Assembly (NCBI GenBank): GCA_951406725.2
Contig: OX597822.1
Location: 23,932,001-23,996,000, forward strand
Reading direction: 5' to 3'
Source: Octopus vulgaris
Lineage: Eukaryota
DNA length: 64,000 bases
The notes under the pieces were generated by a model that did not search any database, was not told the origin of the DNA, and was given only the letters and a program-made list of their open reading frames with translations. The stretch's first letter is position 1; each line of letters opens with the position of its first letter. Position numbers and translations under genes: made by a program. Shown piece after piece: positions 1 through 11,402 of the stretch.

Positions 1-143
1 TCATAGTCAGGCATTGTATGTATATGGTGCATCCATGTATTCATGCAGGAAACATCTCAATACACACACACACATACCAATATACATGTATACACACACA
101 TATATATATGTGTACACACACACACATACCAATATACATGTAT

Positions 144-196
<53 letters not shown>

Positions 197-223
197 AACA
201 CACATGCTTACTCTCATATGCAA

Positions 224-254
<31 letters not shown>

Positions 255-347
255 TACTATTTTGTTTACATGAATAATAAAATGTCTTCTCTTTTAACTT
301 TTGCTGTTTTTCTTTTGTTTTACGCATTCCTTATTGTTTTGTTCTCC

Positions 348-391
<44 letters not shown>

Positions 392-397
392 GTATGC

Positions 398-606
398 ATG
401 TTTGTTTTCATGTTTAGTTACAATGAAAACAATTGCACGTTAATCTTGGCGTTACTCTATACTATTGTAGAGTACCAAATATATTTTTCTTAAGCAAGAA
501 TACTGTTGACAGTAACTTCGAAGTTTCAGCCATTCAAGCTATGGCTGGATGGCTTAACTGGCTGAAACTTCCAAATCACTATCAGCAATACTCTTGTTTA
601 AGAATA

Positions 607-610
<4 letters not shown>
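398..610. mobile_element. (TA)n-embedded fold-back element, Penelope-like pseudo-LTR family 1, copy 1
   Basis: Imperfect inverted repeat 481-540 vs 549-610. Both arms contain GAA-ACTTCGAAGT-type palindromes (perfect at 515-524). Small hairpin tactctat/gtagagta at about 453-474. Second copy at 3333-3540. Confidence 0.65.
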
Positions 611-669
<59 letters not shown>

Positions 670-860
670 ATACATACATATACACATACATACATATATA
701 TATATATATATACATACACATATATATATTTATATGATATGTAATATAAATACTATATGTATATTATATATATGCACTATAAATACTGTATATATATGTA
801 ATATAAATACTATATATATATTATGTATATTATATACATTCCATTTGTTTTTCTGTATCT

Positions 861-990
861 TCACAAGACAATATTCACATAGCGGTGATTTATTCTCGTC
901 TCTCTGTGCTTCTTCTGAACTGCCAAGAAATGGTTCAGCAGCTCTTTGAAGTCGATCTGATTCACCAGCTGACATTCCTCTTTCAGTTTC
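861..990 (-). CDS. Candidate exon of an unidentified minus-strand host gene
   Basis: Strong polypyrimidine tract plus CAG (AG at 992-991) in unique, GC-richer sequence. Two frames are open: KLKEECQLVNQIDFKELLNHFLAVQKKHRETRINHRYVNIVL* or ETERGMSAGESDRLQRAAEPFLGSSEEAQRDENKSPL. No homolog recognised. Confidence 0.5.
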
Positions 991-1697
991 CTGTGTGCAA
1001 AGAAATAGAAAAGAAAAAGAAAAAAAATCAGAACAATAATAACAACAACAACAACAACAAAAAGATAAAAAAAGAAGTCTTTTTTACAAGAGGGGCCTAG
1101 CCAATTACATTCACCCCAGTGCTCGACTGGTACATATTTTATTGACACCAAAACGATGAAAGTAAAGCGGACCTTGGCAAAATTTGAACTCAGGATGTGA
1201 AAATGGGATAAAATGCCATTAAGCATTATGTCTGGTGTGAATAATAATAATAATAATAATAATGATAATAATAATAATAAGGATAATGATAATGATAATG
1301 ATAATGAAAGGAAAAGCAAAGCCGACCAAGGCAGCATTTTAATTCAGAACATGAAGACGAAATACTGCTAAGCATTTCACCTCATGTGCTAATGATTCTA
1401 CCAGCTTGCCACCTTGATAACAATAATAATAATAATAATAATAATATTGACAGCAACAATATAAAAACAATATGATGTCAAGGCTGAAAAAAACTCTGCT
1501 GCTTCAGCAACATGGCTGTAAAATGCCAGTTAAGGAATGTGACCACCACCTACAACTTTAATTTGTTAGTAACTAGAAAGCCTTTGATCATTTAGCTCCT
1601 GCATCTGTTCATTCAAACTGACTTGGAGATTAGACATCATCAAACACACACACACACACATATATATTGTGACTTAAATGTGTGTGTGTGTGTGTGT

Positions 1698-2081
1698 AAA
1701 TCTACTGGAGGAAAAGCTCCCAGAAAGCAACTGGCCACCAAGTCTGCCCAAAAGAGTGCCCCAGCTACCGGTGGGGTGAAGAAGCCTCATAGATACAGGC
1801 CTGGAAGTGTTGCTCTTTGTGAAATCTGTAGATATCAGAAGTCTACTGAATTACTTATCCGTAAAATACCATTCCAGCATTTGGTCTGTGAAATTGCTCA
1901 GGATTTCAAGACCGATCTTCATTTCCAGAGTTCGGCTGTAATGGCTCTCCAAGAAGCTAGCAAAGCTTAATGTTTTGGTCTCTTTGAAGATACCAACTTG
2001 TGTGCAATCCACGCCAAGAGAGTTACCATCATGCCAAAGGACATCCAGCTGGTCAGGCATATCCATGGTGAACAAGCTTAA
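1698..2081 (+). pseudogene. H3: Histone H3 pseudogene (canonical H3.2-like: A31, SAVM at 87-90), 5' truncated at K9
   Basis: Translates [15 protein letters not shown]...KPHRYRPG...[39 protein letters not shown] stop/frameshift near 1968 is followed by [25 protein letters not shown]...GEQA*. Many Arg to Cys/His/Gln changes fit CpG decay. No introns, no start codon. Confidence 0.95.
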
Positions 2082-2217
2082 TTTCCATATTGAAGAAAAC
2101 ACACACATGTTTAAGTCACAATATATGGATTCAAGTAATCCGGTAATACTCATAATTTTTAAAAAAAAGCTTCTTAATGTATCATTCTATAAAATATATA
2201 GAATATATAGTATGGAA

Positions 2218-2430
2218 GGCAGCGAGATGGCAGAAATGCTGGCACACTGGGTGAAATGCTTAGGAGCATTTTATCTGTCTTTACATTTTGAGTTCAAATT
2301 CCATTACAGTCGACTTTGCCTTTCATCCTTTCGGGGTCGATAAATTAAGTACTAGTTGCATACTGGTGTTGATCTAATCGACTGGCCCTTCCCCCAAAAT
2401 TTCAGGCCTTGTGCCTAGAGTAGAAAAGAA
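2218..2430 (+). mobile_element. tRNA-derived SINE family B (representative copy)
   Basis: Head ggcggcgagctggcagaa...gagttcaaattcc (A/B box-like) and conserved body gcctttcatcctttcggggtcgataaattaagtac. More than 20 copies or fragments, e.g. 1075-1415, 5890-6365, 14150-15050, 27060-28120, 29040-30205, 46095-46585, 58795-59105. Confidence 0.85.
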
Positions 2431-2683
2431 TATAAAGTACGATACAAGAGAAAATGATAAGGAATGTATGACATCATAAATGACAGAGAAATAGTTTGAT
2501 GAAATATTATTTAACAATAAGAAAATTCAAATATCATGACAAATTGTTTCATAACTTAAAAACATGTAAATAATTTACATTATTATATTTAATAATAAAT
2601 AAATTATTTACATATCAGCATTAATGCAAAATGCAAATAAATCTTTCAAAGTAAAGCAGAATTTAAGATATATCATCAGGTAG

Positions 2684-2836
2684 TGATAAATATTACTTAA
2701 TAGACACAATACATGCTATGTACTACTAATAGTTTCATATGCTGAGAAATACCTCAAACTTATTCATCAGGCACAAACCACATATACTAGTAGCACATAA
2801 AAACATGTATTGTATCTATTAAATAATATTTATCTC
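2684..2836. mobile_element. Fold-back Penelope-like remnant next to (TA)n
   Basis: About 48-bp imperfect inverted arms (gataaatattacttaatagacacaatacatg / catgtattgtatctattaaataatatttatc) enclosing a hammerhead motif. Confidence 0.65.
2719..2775 (-). ncRNA. Minimal type I hammerhead ribozyme, canonical core
   Basis: Minus strand reads UGUGC-CUGAUGA-[stem II auaaguuugag/cucagcauau]-GAA-ACUA u UAGU-A^-GUACA. Stems I, II and III can all form; GUA cleavage triplet. Confidence 0.75.
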
Positions 2837-2853
2837 ACACCAGAGAACAGTAC

Positions 2854-2889
<36 letters not shown>

Positions 2890-2891
<2 letters not shown>

Positions 2892-3112
2892 AGGTTGGCC
2901 AAAGGTCACCTGACAGTAAATCAAAATTCCATAGATACTTAATATTCAATTTTCCTTATGAATGTTTAATAATTGAATGCTGTGAGTAAAAATCACCATT
3001 TTTTTCAACATTTGTCTATTTATTAGTAAAGTCTCACATAAAATAAATTTTTGTTTTAATCTTGGAATTAAATGGTTTTGATTTAATGTCAGGCAACTTT
3101 TGGCCAACCCTG
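2890..3112. mobile_element. Tc1/mariner-derived MITE
   Basis: About 37-bp TIRs ca(a/g)ggttggccaaa(g/a)gt..cctgaca.taaatcaaaa, with TA on both flanks. Confidence 0.85.
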
Positions 3113-3123
3113 TATATGAATAT

Positions 3124-3320
3124 ATAGTCAATTAAAAATAAAACCGAATAAAACAGACAACGTGAGGACATGCACAAGAAATAAATTAGCATGACACTCT
3201 GTGAAAAGAGAGAGTTTGACGTTTTGAGCAAAGCTCTTTGTTGGAAAGGTGAAAGGCTAAAGTCTGAAGAAAGAAAAGAAATTACCAACAGCACACATGT
3301 AGTTGCAATGTGGCTACATG
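3124..3320 (-). mobile_element. About 190-nt hammerhead mini-element, family 2 (decayed copy)
   Basis: Minus 3247-3214 reads uuu-CCAACAA-a-gagc uuu gcuc-AAA-ACGU-C-aaa, a CpG-decayed CCGACGA...GAAACGUC. Layout shared with 10470-10678, 32388-32565 and 39951-40160. Confidence 0.6.
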
Positions 3321-3332
3321 TGTGTGTGTGTG

Positions 3333-3535
3333 TATTTGTTTTCATGTTGAGTAACAGTAAAAACAATTTTACATTAATCTGATGGGTTACTCTATACTTT
3401 TGTAGAGTACAAATTTATTATTTTCATACAAGAATATTGTTCACAGCAATTTCAAAGATTCGACTAGCTAATCAGTCCAACAATGGCTTAACTGGATGAA
3501 ACTTCAAAGTCACTATCAACAACATTTTTGTATAA

Positions 3536-3540
<5 letters not shown>
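3333..3540. mobile_element. Fold-back family 1, copy 2, with decayed hammerhead at 3473-3515 (+)
   Basis: Colinear with 398-610. Reads cagu-CCAACAA-u-ggcu uaacu ggau-GAA-ACUUCAAAGU-C-acua and ends in (TA)n. Confidence 0.65.
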
Positions 3541-3576
<36 letters not shown>

Positions 3577-3620
3577 TTTGGTACTTTTTGTGATCTAGTT
3601 ATAGAGCTGCTCAGGGTCAA

Positions 3621-4058
3621 GAGGGTGGCTGCTGGAAGACTTTACGTTTGACAACAGGACTCTGCACCATGCCCCACAAGCAGGAAAACCCAGTCATGGC
3701 AGTCAGACAATTTTTGTGACCACATCACCTCTAACATCTGGCCACCTAACTCCCTAGACTACAACCCCCTTGATTATCAAGTGTTGGGCAAAAAGACCAA
3801 CAAAACTCCTTGTAACACCAAAGATGAACTGGAGGCAAAGATTACGGGTACATTCACCAACTTCAACAAGGAGACTGTCCAGAAGAGTTGCAGGAGATTC
3901 TGAAGTCATCTGGAGGCTGTGGTTGAAGCCAATAGTAATTTTATTGAATAAATTTACTCTTTAGTATTTCAAGATATTTTAATGTAATTTTGGCAAATAT
4001 ATCTGTTAAAATGGGATGTCGTTTTTGCCTAATTTATATATATTTACCACACCCAGTA
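3621..4058 (+). mobile_element. DD37D (maT-type) Tc1/mariner transposase 3' fragment with right end
   Basis: QQDSAPCPTSRKTQSWQSDNFCDHITSNIWPPNSLDYNPLDY has exactly 37 residues between the second and third catalytic Asp. Continues KDELEAKI...LEAVVEANSNFIE* (stop at 3951) with internal stops, and ends at TA. Confidence 0.9.
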
Positions 4059-4089
4059 TATATATATATATCTATATATTTATATATGC

Positions 4090-4420
4090 TGGTGGCACGT
4101 AAAAAGCACTGTTCAAGCATTGGGCCTCACAGAGGCAGTAACAAGTGACATAGACCTTTGGCAATATACTGTGCTTGTGAACACCTGACAAAGTGAGATT
4201 GTAGTAGGAGCTGATGTCAGTGTCATGTGAATGGTACTTGTGCTGGTGGCAAGTAAAACACACCCACTATACTCTTGAAATAGTTGGCATTAGGAAGGGC
4301 ATCCAGCCATAGAAACCATACCAAATCAGAACCTGGTGCAGCTCCCTGGTTTACTAGTTTTCAGTCAAACTGTACAACCCATGCCAGCAAGGAAAGCCAA
4401 CATTAAATGATGATGATGAA
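4090..4420 (+). mobile_element. Retroposon family C with (GAT)n tail
   Basis: Conserved 3' block ttggc(g/a)ttaggaagggcatccagc.gtagaaac...caacccatgc.agcatgga...ttaaa.gatgatgat. Confidence 0.8.
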
Positions 4421-4432
4421 AATGATGACATT

Positions 4433-4476
<44 letters not shown>

Positions 4477-4793
4477 ATAGCAATAATAAAAGTGTGACAA
4501 AGCTCAGTTGTAATAGAAGTTAATAATGTGATGTTTTGACAATGGTCATAATTGTGGTGGTGGTGGTGGTGGTGGTGGTGGTGGTGGTGGTGATAATGTT
4601 GATGATGACAGTGAGTAATGATGATGATGCTGTTTGTGGTGTTGTTGTTGTTGGTGGTGGGGTAGATGATGACACTGACAATGGTGATGATGATGAGGAG
4701 GATGATAATGATGATAGCAGTGATGACAGCATTAATGATAATAGTGATGACAGTCTAACAGTAACCAAAAAAAAAAAACCCTAAAAAAAGAGT

Positions 4794-4836
4794 TCAGCTT
4801 TTGACAAGGCAGTTCAAATGTCTACATAAGTTTACT
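4794..4836 (-). CDS. Weak candidate terminal exon (VNLCRHLNCLVKS*)
   Basis: Acceptor ttttccaccag followed by a short open frame in unique sequence. Confidence 0.2.
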
Positions 4837-5546
4837 CTGGTGGAAAAGATGGTGGTAGTGGTGGTCGTAGTGGTGGTACTAGTGATGATGAAAAAAAAAT
4901 GGGCCTTTGCTCTTTGAATGATACCTTTATGAATATGTAGCCATGTGTGTCTATCAGCTGGCAAAAACCAAAGAATCACCACCACCACCACCACCACCAC
5001 CACCACCATCACCACCAGTGCAGCTGCCCTCACCGCCATTGAGCGGAATGCTCATAATGAGCATGTCTTCCCATTTCAAGACAAGTGGTAATTGAATTCT
5101 CAATAAACAGAGATACACTTGCGGCTCTGTTTCTGTTTCATTGCATATATGCGTGTGCGAGTGAGCATGCATGTGTGAGAACACGTGTGTGTGTGTGAGT
5201 GTGTGTATGTCTGTGTGTTGTGTGTGTGTGTATGTGTGTGTAGGCGTTCCTGCACAAACAAAACAGGCCAAACAGAACTAAAGTGAACATGATAGGAACA
5301 ACAATCAATGCCCTTTATTTTTTATTGCATTTGTTGTATTTTTTATTGTACTGGGTTTTTTTGGGGTTTTTTTTTTTCGTTTTACCACTAATAGATATTT
5401 AGAGATGTTTTTAAGACAGTTCTTATTGGGAGAAGATAGAAGGAAAATGATGCCACTGTTGAAAACCAACCACACACAGCTGTATTATTCACTTGTATAG
5501 AATATTCTCACAACACATGCAATAATGTGTGTATGTGTGTGTGTGA

Positions 5547-5581
<35 letters not shown>

Positions 5582-6707
5582 CATGTATGTGTATATGCAT
5601 GTGTGTGTATGTGTGTGTTATCTTCATCATAATTGTCGTTGCCATCTTCATCATCACATCATCATTGCCATCACCACCATTATTGTTATCATCACCGCCA
5701 TCATCATCATCATCATCATCACCAACACCATCGTTATTGTCATCATTTAAAGTCCATGTTCCATGCTAGCAATGGTTGGATGGTCTGACCGGATTCTATG
5801 GGTCACAAGACAGCATCACACTCCAACCCACATCTACTTTGGCATGGTTTCTATGGCTAGATGCCCTCCTGAATGCTAAAACTACTGTTATGAGGATGAC
5901 AGCATTTTGTCTATCTTTATGCTCTAAGTTCAGATTCCTCTCAGGATAACTTTGCCTTTCTTCTTCTAAGGGGTCAATAAAATGAGTACCAATCAAGTAC
6001 TGGGGTCAATGTAACCAACTAATTTCCCTATCTATTTCAGGCCTATAGTAAAAAAGAATTATTAATATTATTTTTTAGTAAGGTAGCAAGATGACACGAC
6101 TCTACCTTTCATCCTTTTAGGGTCAGTAAAATAAGTACCAGTTGAGCATTGGGGTCAATGTAATTGGTTAGCCCCCACAATTTAAGACCTTGTGCCTATA
6201 TTAGAAAAGGATCATTATTATTGAGCTTACATTCTGACGAGGCTGACTTTGCCTTTCATCCTTTCGGGGTCGATAAACAAAGTACCAGTTGAGTACTGGG
6301 GTCAATGTAATTGACTAAACCCCACCCCCAAATTTCAGGCCTTGTGCTTCTTGTAGAAAGGATTATTATTATTATTATCTACAACTCCCTCTCTCCATCC
6401 ATCCATCCATCCATCCACCCATGTGCAAGAAAAAAACACCAAAAAATTTGAAAAGAAAATGATTAAAACAAAACAAATAAAACAACACAAAAATAATCAA
6501 ATTAACAATAAAAAAAAGCCCCTCGATAATTTAAAAGAAGAAAACCAATACAAAACCTTGAAAAAAAAAAACAACAGCAAAGCCATCCGACAGAAATCTC
6601 AACTGCTTTGTGACTGAAGCATGTTTTGCGATATTATCATTATTATCTCTTTATCCATTTTACCACCCAAGTATCCCTGAGTCAAGTAATTGAATTATTG
6701 CATGTCT

Positions 6708-6895
6708 TCATCTCTCGAAATAGAACTCGTTATGGTTAATAAATTTACTGTCATCAATATCATCATCAGCATCAGTACGAGCATCATCATTATAATCAAC
6801 ATCATCATCATCATCATTGCCATCATCATCATCATCATTGCCATCATCACTATTGATCCCTGACATGCTAATTCTTCCTCCACACAACATTTCCT
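6708..6895 (-). CDS. Candidate terminal exon with acidic tract
   Basis: Acceptor ttgaattccag, then (x)EMLCGGRISMSGINSDDGNDDDD...DARTDADDDIDDSKFINHNEFYFER*. Partly a GAT microsatellite. Confidence 0.3.
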
Positions 6896-7114
6896 CTGGA
6901 ATTCAACAATGAAAACTAAATGAGTTGGGAATGACTGAGAGAAGGCAGAATGAAATTAGCTCTGAAGCTCTGAAGAACAGAGGCTATTATAGTAGTGGTA
7001 CAAAAGACAGAGGGAGAGGACACAGCATTTCTCTGGTGAATGAGAATGGAGTATATTGGTGAATGACCCTATGCTAATTGTACCAGTAGCCTTTCTCTGG
7101 ATGTAATCAAATAT

Positions 7115-7650
7115 TGGCACCCATACTAGCGGGGTGCAAAGAGCACCATACGAGCGTGATTGTTGACAGAGAGGCTAACCGGCTTCCGTGCCAGTGGCAC
7201 ATAAAAGGCACCATTCGAGTGTGATCGTTACCAGCATCACCTTACTGGCACTTGTGCCCATGCTAGTAGGGTGCCAAGAGCACCATCTGAGCATGATCGT
7301 TGCCAGAGCAGCCAACTGGCTTCCATGCCGGTGGCACATAAAAGGGCACCATTTGAGCGTGATCGTTACCAACATCGCCTTACTGGCACCTCTGCTGGTG
7401 GCATGTGTAAAAAGATTTGAGCGAGGTCGTTGCCAGTACTGCCTGACTGACCCCCATGCCGGTGGCACTTAAAAAAGCACCCACTACACTCTCAGAGTGG
7501 TTGGCATTAGGAAGGGCATCCATCTGTAGAAACTCTGCCAAATCAAGATTGGAGCTTGGTGCAGCCATCTGGTTCACCAGCCCTCAGTCATTCGTCCAAC
7601 CCATGCTAGCATGGAAAGTGGATGTTAAACGATGATGATGATGATGATGA
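7115..7650 (+). mobile_element. Retroposon family C, long copy with internal tandem subrepeats
   Basis: Repeated gcc(a/g)gtggcac(a/g)taaaa(g)ggcacca..cgag(c/t)gtgatcgtt(a/g)ccag units and a (GAT)n tail. Near-identical copies at 37205-37622 (+) and 47085-47625 (-); others at 10210-10430, 22620-23060, 39570-39870, 57885-58053, 60750-60990. Confidence 0.85.
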
Positions 7651-7861
7651 TGTGTAGCAGCAATGTCCTGTGATCTAGGAGCAATACACCACAGTGGTTG
7701 CAGTACTCTAGCAAACCCCAGTGTAACAGTAGTAACAATAAAGGGATAAGGTGTGACAGTATGTGAGTCCATGTGTGACATGCCTTTCATGAAGCCATCA
7801 ACTCACGGCAGTTTAACTCTTCAGCATTCAGGTTACTCCATCAAATGTAACACTTATTTTA

Positions 7862-8246
7862 TTCTTTTATTCTTTAACTTGTTTCAGTCATTTGACTGTG
7901 ACCATGATGGAGCACAGACTTTAGTCAATCAAATCAACCTCAGGACTTGTTCTTTGTAAGCCTAGCACTTATTCTATCGGCCTCTTTTGCAGAACTGCTA
8001 AGTTACATGTACATAAACACACCAACATCAGTTGTCAAGCGATGGTGGTGGTGGGGGGAACACAGACACACACAAATATATATACGACAGGCTTCTTTCA
8101 GTTTCCATCTACCAAATCCATTCACAAGGTTTTGGTTAGCCTAAGGCTATAGTAGAAGACACATGCCCAAGGTGCTCCGTAGTGAGACTGAACTCGGAAC
8201 CATGTGGTTGGGAAGCAATTTCTTACCACACAGCCACTCCTGCGCC
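7862..8246 (-). mobile_element. tRNA-derived SINE family A
   Basis: Reverse complement of the ggcgcaggagtggctgtgtggtaag...ccttgggcaagtgtcttctactatagcc...gactgaaacaagtaaaaga consensus. Confidence 0.85.
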
Positions 8247-8539
8247 TTATTCACATTGTTTTCAGTTAATCATGCGTTGTCTCAAAGCTTCAAAGTTTCG
8301 ATGATGTGATTGTATGTTTTTTAGAGTAGAAAGTGTTAGTGGCTGGATCTGAGCAGTTTGAACATAAAACAGGTGGAATAATTATTTAGGCCAGATATGG
8401 CCAGTTTAGATGCGAAAGAGTTAAGTGGAATATTGATAGGACAATTCTCACAAGTCAGTAACAGAAGGGTCAATGCAGGTCATGGGCATTGACCTTTCTT
8501 CCAGACCAAACTAATACCAAAAACGAAAAAAGAAAGATA

Positions 8540-8915
8540 GGCACAGGCATGGTTGTATAGTAAGGAGCTTGCTGGTCAACAACATGGTTCTGGGTTCAGT
8601 CCTACTGTGTGGTAGCATGGGCAAGTGTCTTCTACTATAACCTCGAGCTGACCAAAGCTTTGTGAATGGATTTGTTAGACGGAAACTGAAAGAAGCCTGT
8701 CGTGTGTGTGTCTGTCTGTCCGTCTGTCTCACCAACACTGCTTGACAACTGGTGTTGATGTATTTATATACCCGTAACTTAGCAGTTCAGCAAAAGAGAC
8801 TGATAGAATAATTACTAGGCTTAAGAAATAAGTACTGGGGTTAATTTGTTCAACTAAAGCCCTTCAAGGTAGTGCCCCAGCATGGCCACAGTCAAATGAT
8901 AGGAACAAGTAAAAG
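8540..8915 (+). mobile_element. tRNA-derived SINE family A
   Basis: Full-length match to the family A consensus. Confidence 0.85.
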
Positions 8916-10108
8916 AAAAAGAAAAAAAACAAAAAATGAAAATAAAGAAGCCATTCTCTACTTCTTAGGATCTGAGAAAAGGAAGAGTTGTTATGGTAAT
9001 CATTGTTGTTTTTAGTTCCTGTTTAGCAGCCCTTATGATCAAAGACATTCCATCCTTGACCATCTTGTCTTTTACTCCTCCCCATCATCAGGCATAGTAT
9101 AAGGGAAACTACTTTATCGAATGAGTCCTCCTTTGTTTGAAGAAAGTGAGAAGTGAGCAATATGAGGGAGATTTGGGTGCAATTTCTAGCAGACTTAATG
9201 ACTGTGCAGAGCCTTCTACCCCACCCCACTGTCACTGTTAGCGCCAGCTCAGATGGTGGTTGTGGTGGTAGCGGTGGTGTTAGTGACAATTATTGATGCT
9301 GTGGTGGTGTTGATAGATGTAGTGGTAGTGGTGCTGGTGCTGGCAGTATTGGCAGTTGTGGTGGTGGTGTTGGTGGTAGTGGAGGTTTGGCATCAGTCTG
9401 AGACAAGATGGAAGGAACCATTTTTTTTTTATATATCTACCACAAAGAAGCAACAGTAATAAATATTAAAGAGTCTAAGCAGAAATTCAAGCCAAAAGAC
9501 AGGCAAAATATTGTTGTTGTTGTTGTTGCTGATGATGATGATAATGACTGATTGATTCACTTAATGACATTTTGGTCAATGCCAGAGAAGATGGAACAAC
9601 ATAAGAAACTTTGTGGCAATGCAAGAAAAAGAAAGAAAAAAAAAAATGAAATAAATTTTTTACGAAAAAAATAAAATGAAAATTTTGGAAAAAATAGAAA
9701 AAGAAGAAACTTTGTTTATAAATATGATGTTTGTTTTATGGTGGATCAGTTTTAAAACAGTAGCTTTTATTAATGCACAGACTAATTATGTAAAGAAAAC
9801 ACATACTATTTCATTTGACACACATATATATGTATATACATATATATCATCATCATATCATCTTTAACGTCCGTTTCATGCTAGCATGGGTTGACGTTCA
9901 ACTGGGTCTGGAAGCCGAAGGCTGCACCAGGCCAGTCAGATGTGGCAGTATGGATGCCCTTCCTAACGCCATATGTGTGGGTGATTTATGTGCCACCGAC
10001 AGGTGCATACGAGGCTGCAGACGGCCACGCTATGGTGTTTTTGTGCCACGACACAGGTGCCAGACGAGGCTGCAGATCGGATGGTGTTTTCTTCGCTCGG
10101 ATGGTGTT

Positions 10109-10145
<37 letters not shown>

Positions 10146-10469
10146 TATATATATATATGTACATATGTAGTACACACTGACATCTCAAAAGTAAGCATAC
10201 CTCTCTGTGGGTGATGCCGGTGTCATATGAATGGCACCCGTGCTGGTGGCACATAAAAGCATCCATTAAATTTGTGGAGTGGTTGGCATTAGGATAGGTC
10301 ATTCAGCCATAGAAACCATGCTAAATCAGACTGGAGTCTGGTGCAGCCCCTCAGCTTGCCACCACTGGTCAAACCATCTGACCCATGCCGGCATGTACAA
10401 CAGATGCTAAATAATAATGATGATGATGAAAATATATATATCTATATATATATATGTGTGTGTGTGTGT

Positions 10470-10678
10470 GTGACCGTGTGTGTATCGTTGGTGATTTTCT
10501 TTCTCCGTCTTTCCTTTCTTGGATCTTTCTTTTTTCTGTTTCTGACGAAGAGCTCTGCTCGAAACATTAAATCCTCCTTCTTTCCTTTTTTTCCTGAGCA
10601 TCCAATAATACTATTCTTGTTCCACGTCCTTGCATTGTTGTGTTTTCTCTTTGTGTTTTCATGTTTGGATTAACTATA
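10470..10678 (+). mobile_element. Hammerhead mini-element family 2
   Basis: Begins in (TG)n and ends ...aactat(at)n; hammerhead motif in the middle. Confidence 0.65.
10538..10572 (+). ncRNA. Minimal type I hammerhead motif (partly decayed)
   Basis: guuu-CUGACGA-a-gagc ucu gcuc-GAA-ACAU-U-aaau. Stem III ACGU has decayed to ACAU at a CpG. Confidence 0.65.
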
Positions 10679-11295
10679 TGTATATATATATATATATACA
10701 CCAAAACAAGAGATTGGAAAGATTTTTGATATTATTTATTCATGATTACACATGAAGGGTTTAGTCAAACAATTCGACCCTGGAACTTGTTTTTAAAGTC
10801 TGGTACTTATTTTATTGGTTTCCTTTGCTGAACTACTAAGTTAGAAAGATTTAAACAAACCCACAAAAGTTGTCAAGCAAACACAAATAGGGTGGTGGTG
10901 GTTGTGGTGGTGGTGATTGTTATATTCTCAGTGCTTCTCTTAAAGGTCACTGGCATAAAGACAGTGATACTGTTGGTATTTTTCCTATAAACAAATGGTC
11001 CGGAAGCTCTGTTCCTTCAAAACCAATTGTAAGGAAATGCTCTCTAGTTGAAAAACAGGAATGGGTTAACAAGAGAAAGGGCATACAGCTGTTAAACAAA
11101 AGAAGTATGAAGAAATGGAGGCAAATGAATGTGTGTATGTGTGTGCGTGTGTGTAGCACATCTTCCCCCTCGAACATGAAGCATTCATGCATTTATCATG
11201 AAAGTACTTAATGAATAATTCAATTATATTAAACTAGATCTATGACAGTCATCTACATGAAAAATGGAACAGGAATTTATGAATCTGAAAGTCTA

Positions 11296-11326
<31 letters not shown>

Positions 11327-11330
11327 CTGT

Positions 11331-11402
<72 letters not shown>

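Noticed and set aside
1623-1970. Functional histone H3 gene
   Set aside because: No start codon or N-terminal nine codons, internal stop/frameshift, many substitutions at invariant residues.
7120-7480. CRISPR-like repeat-spacer array
   Set aside because: Units are degenerate tandem subrepeats of a dispersed retroposon; no unique spacers; eukaryotic context.
9075-9092. CTGATGA on the minus strand
   Set aside because: No stem II or GAAA follows.
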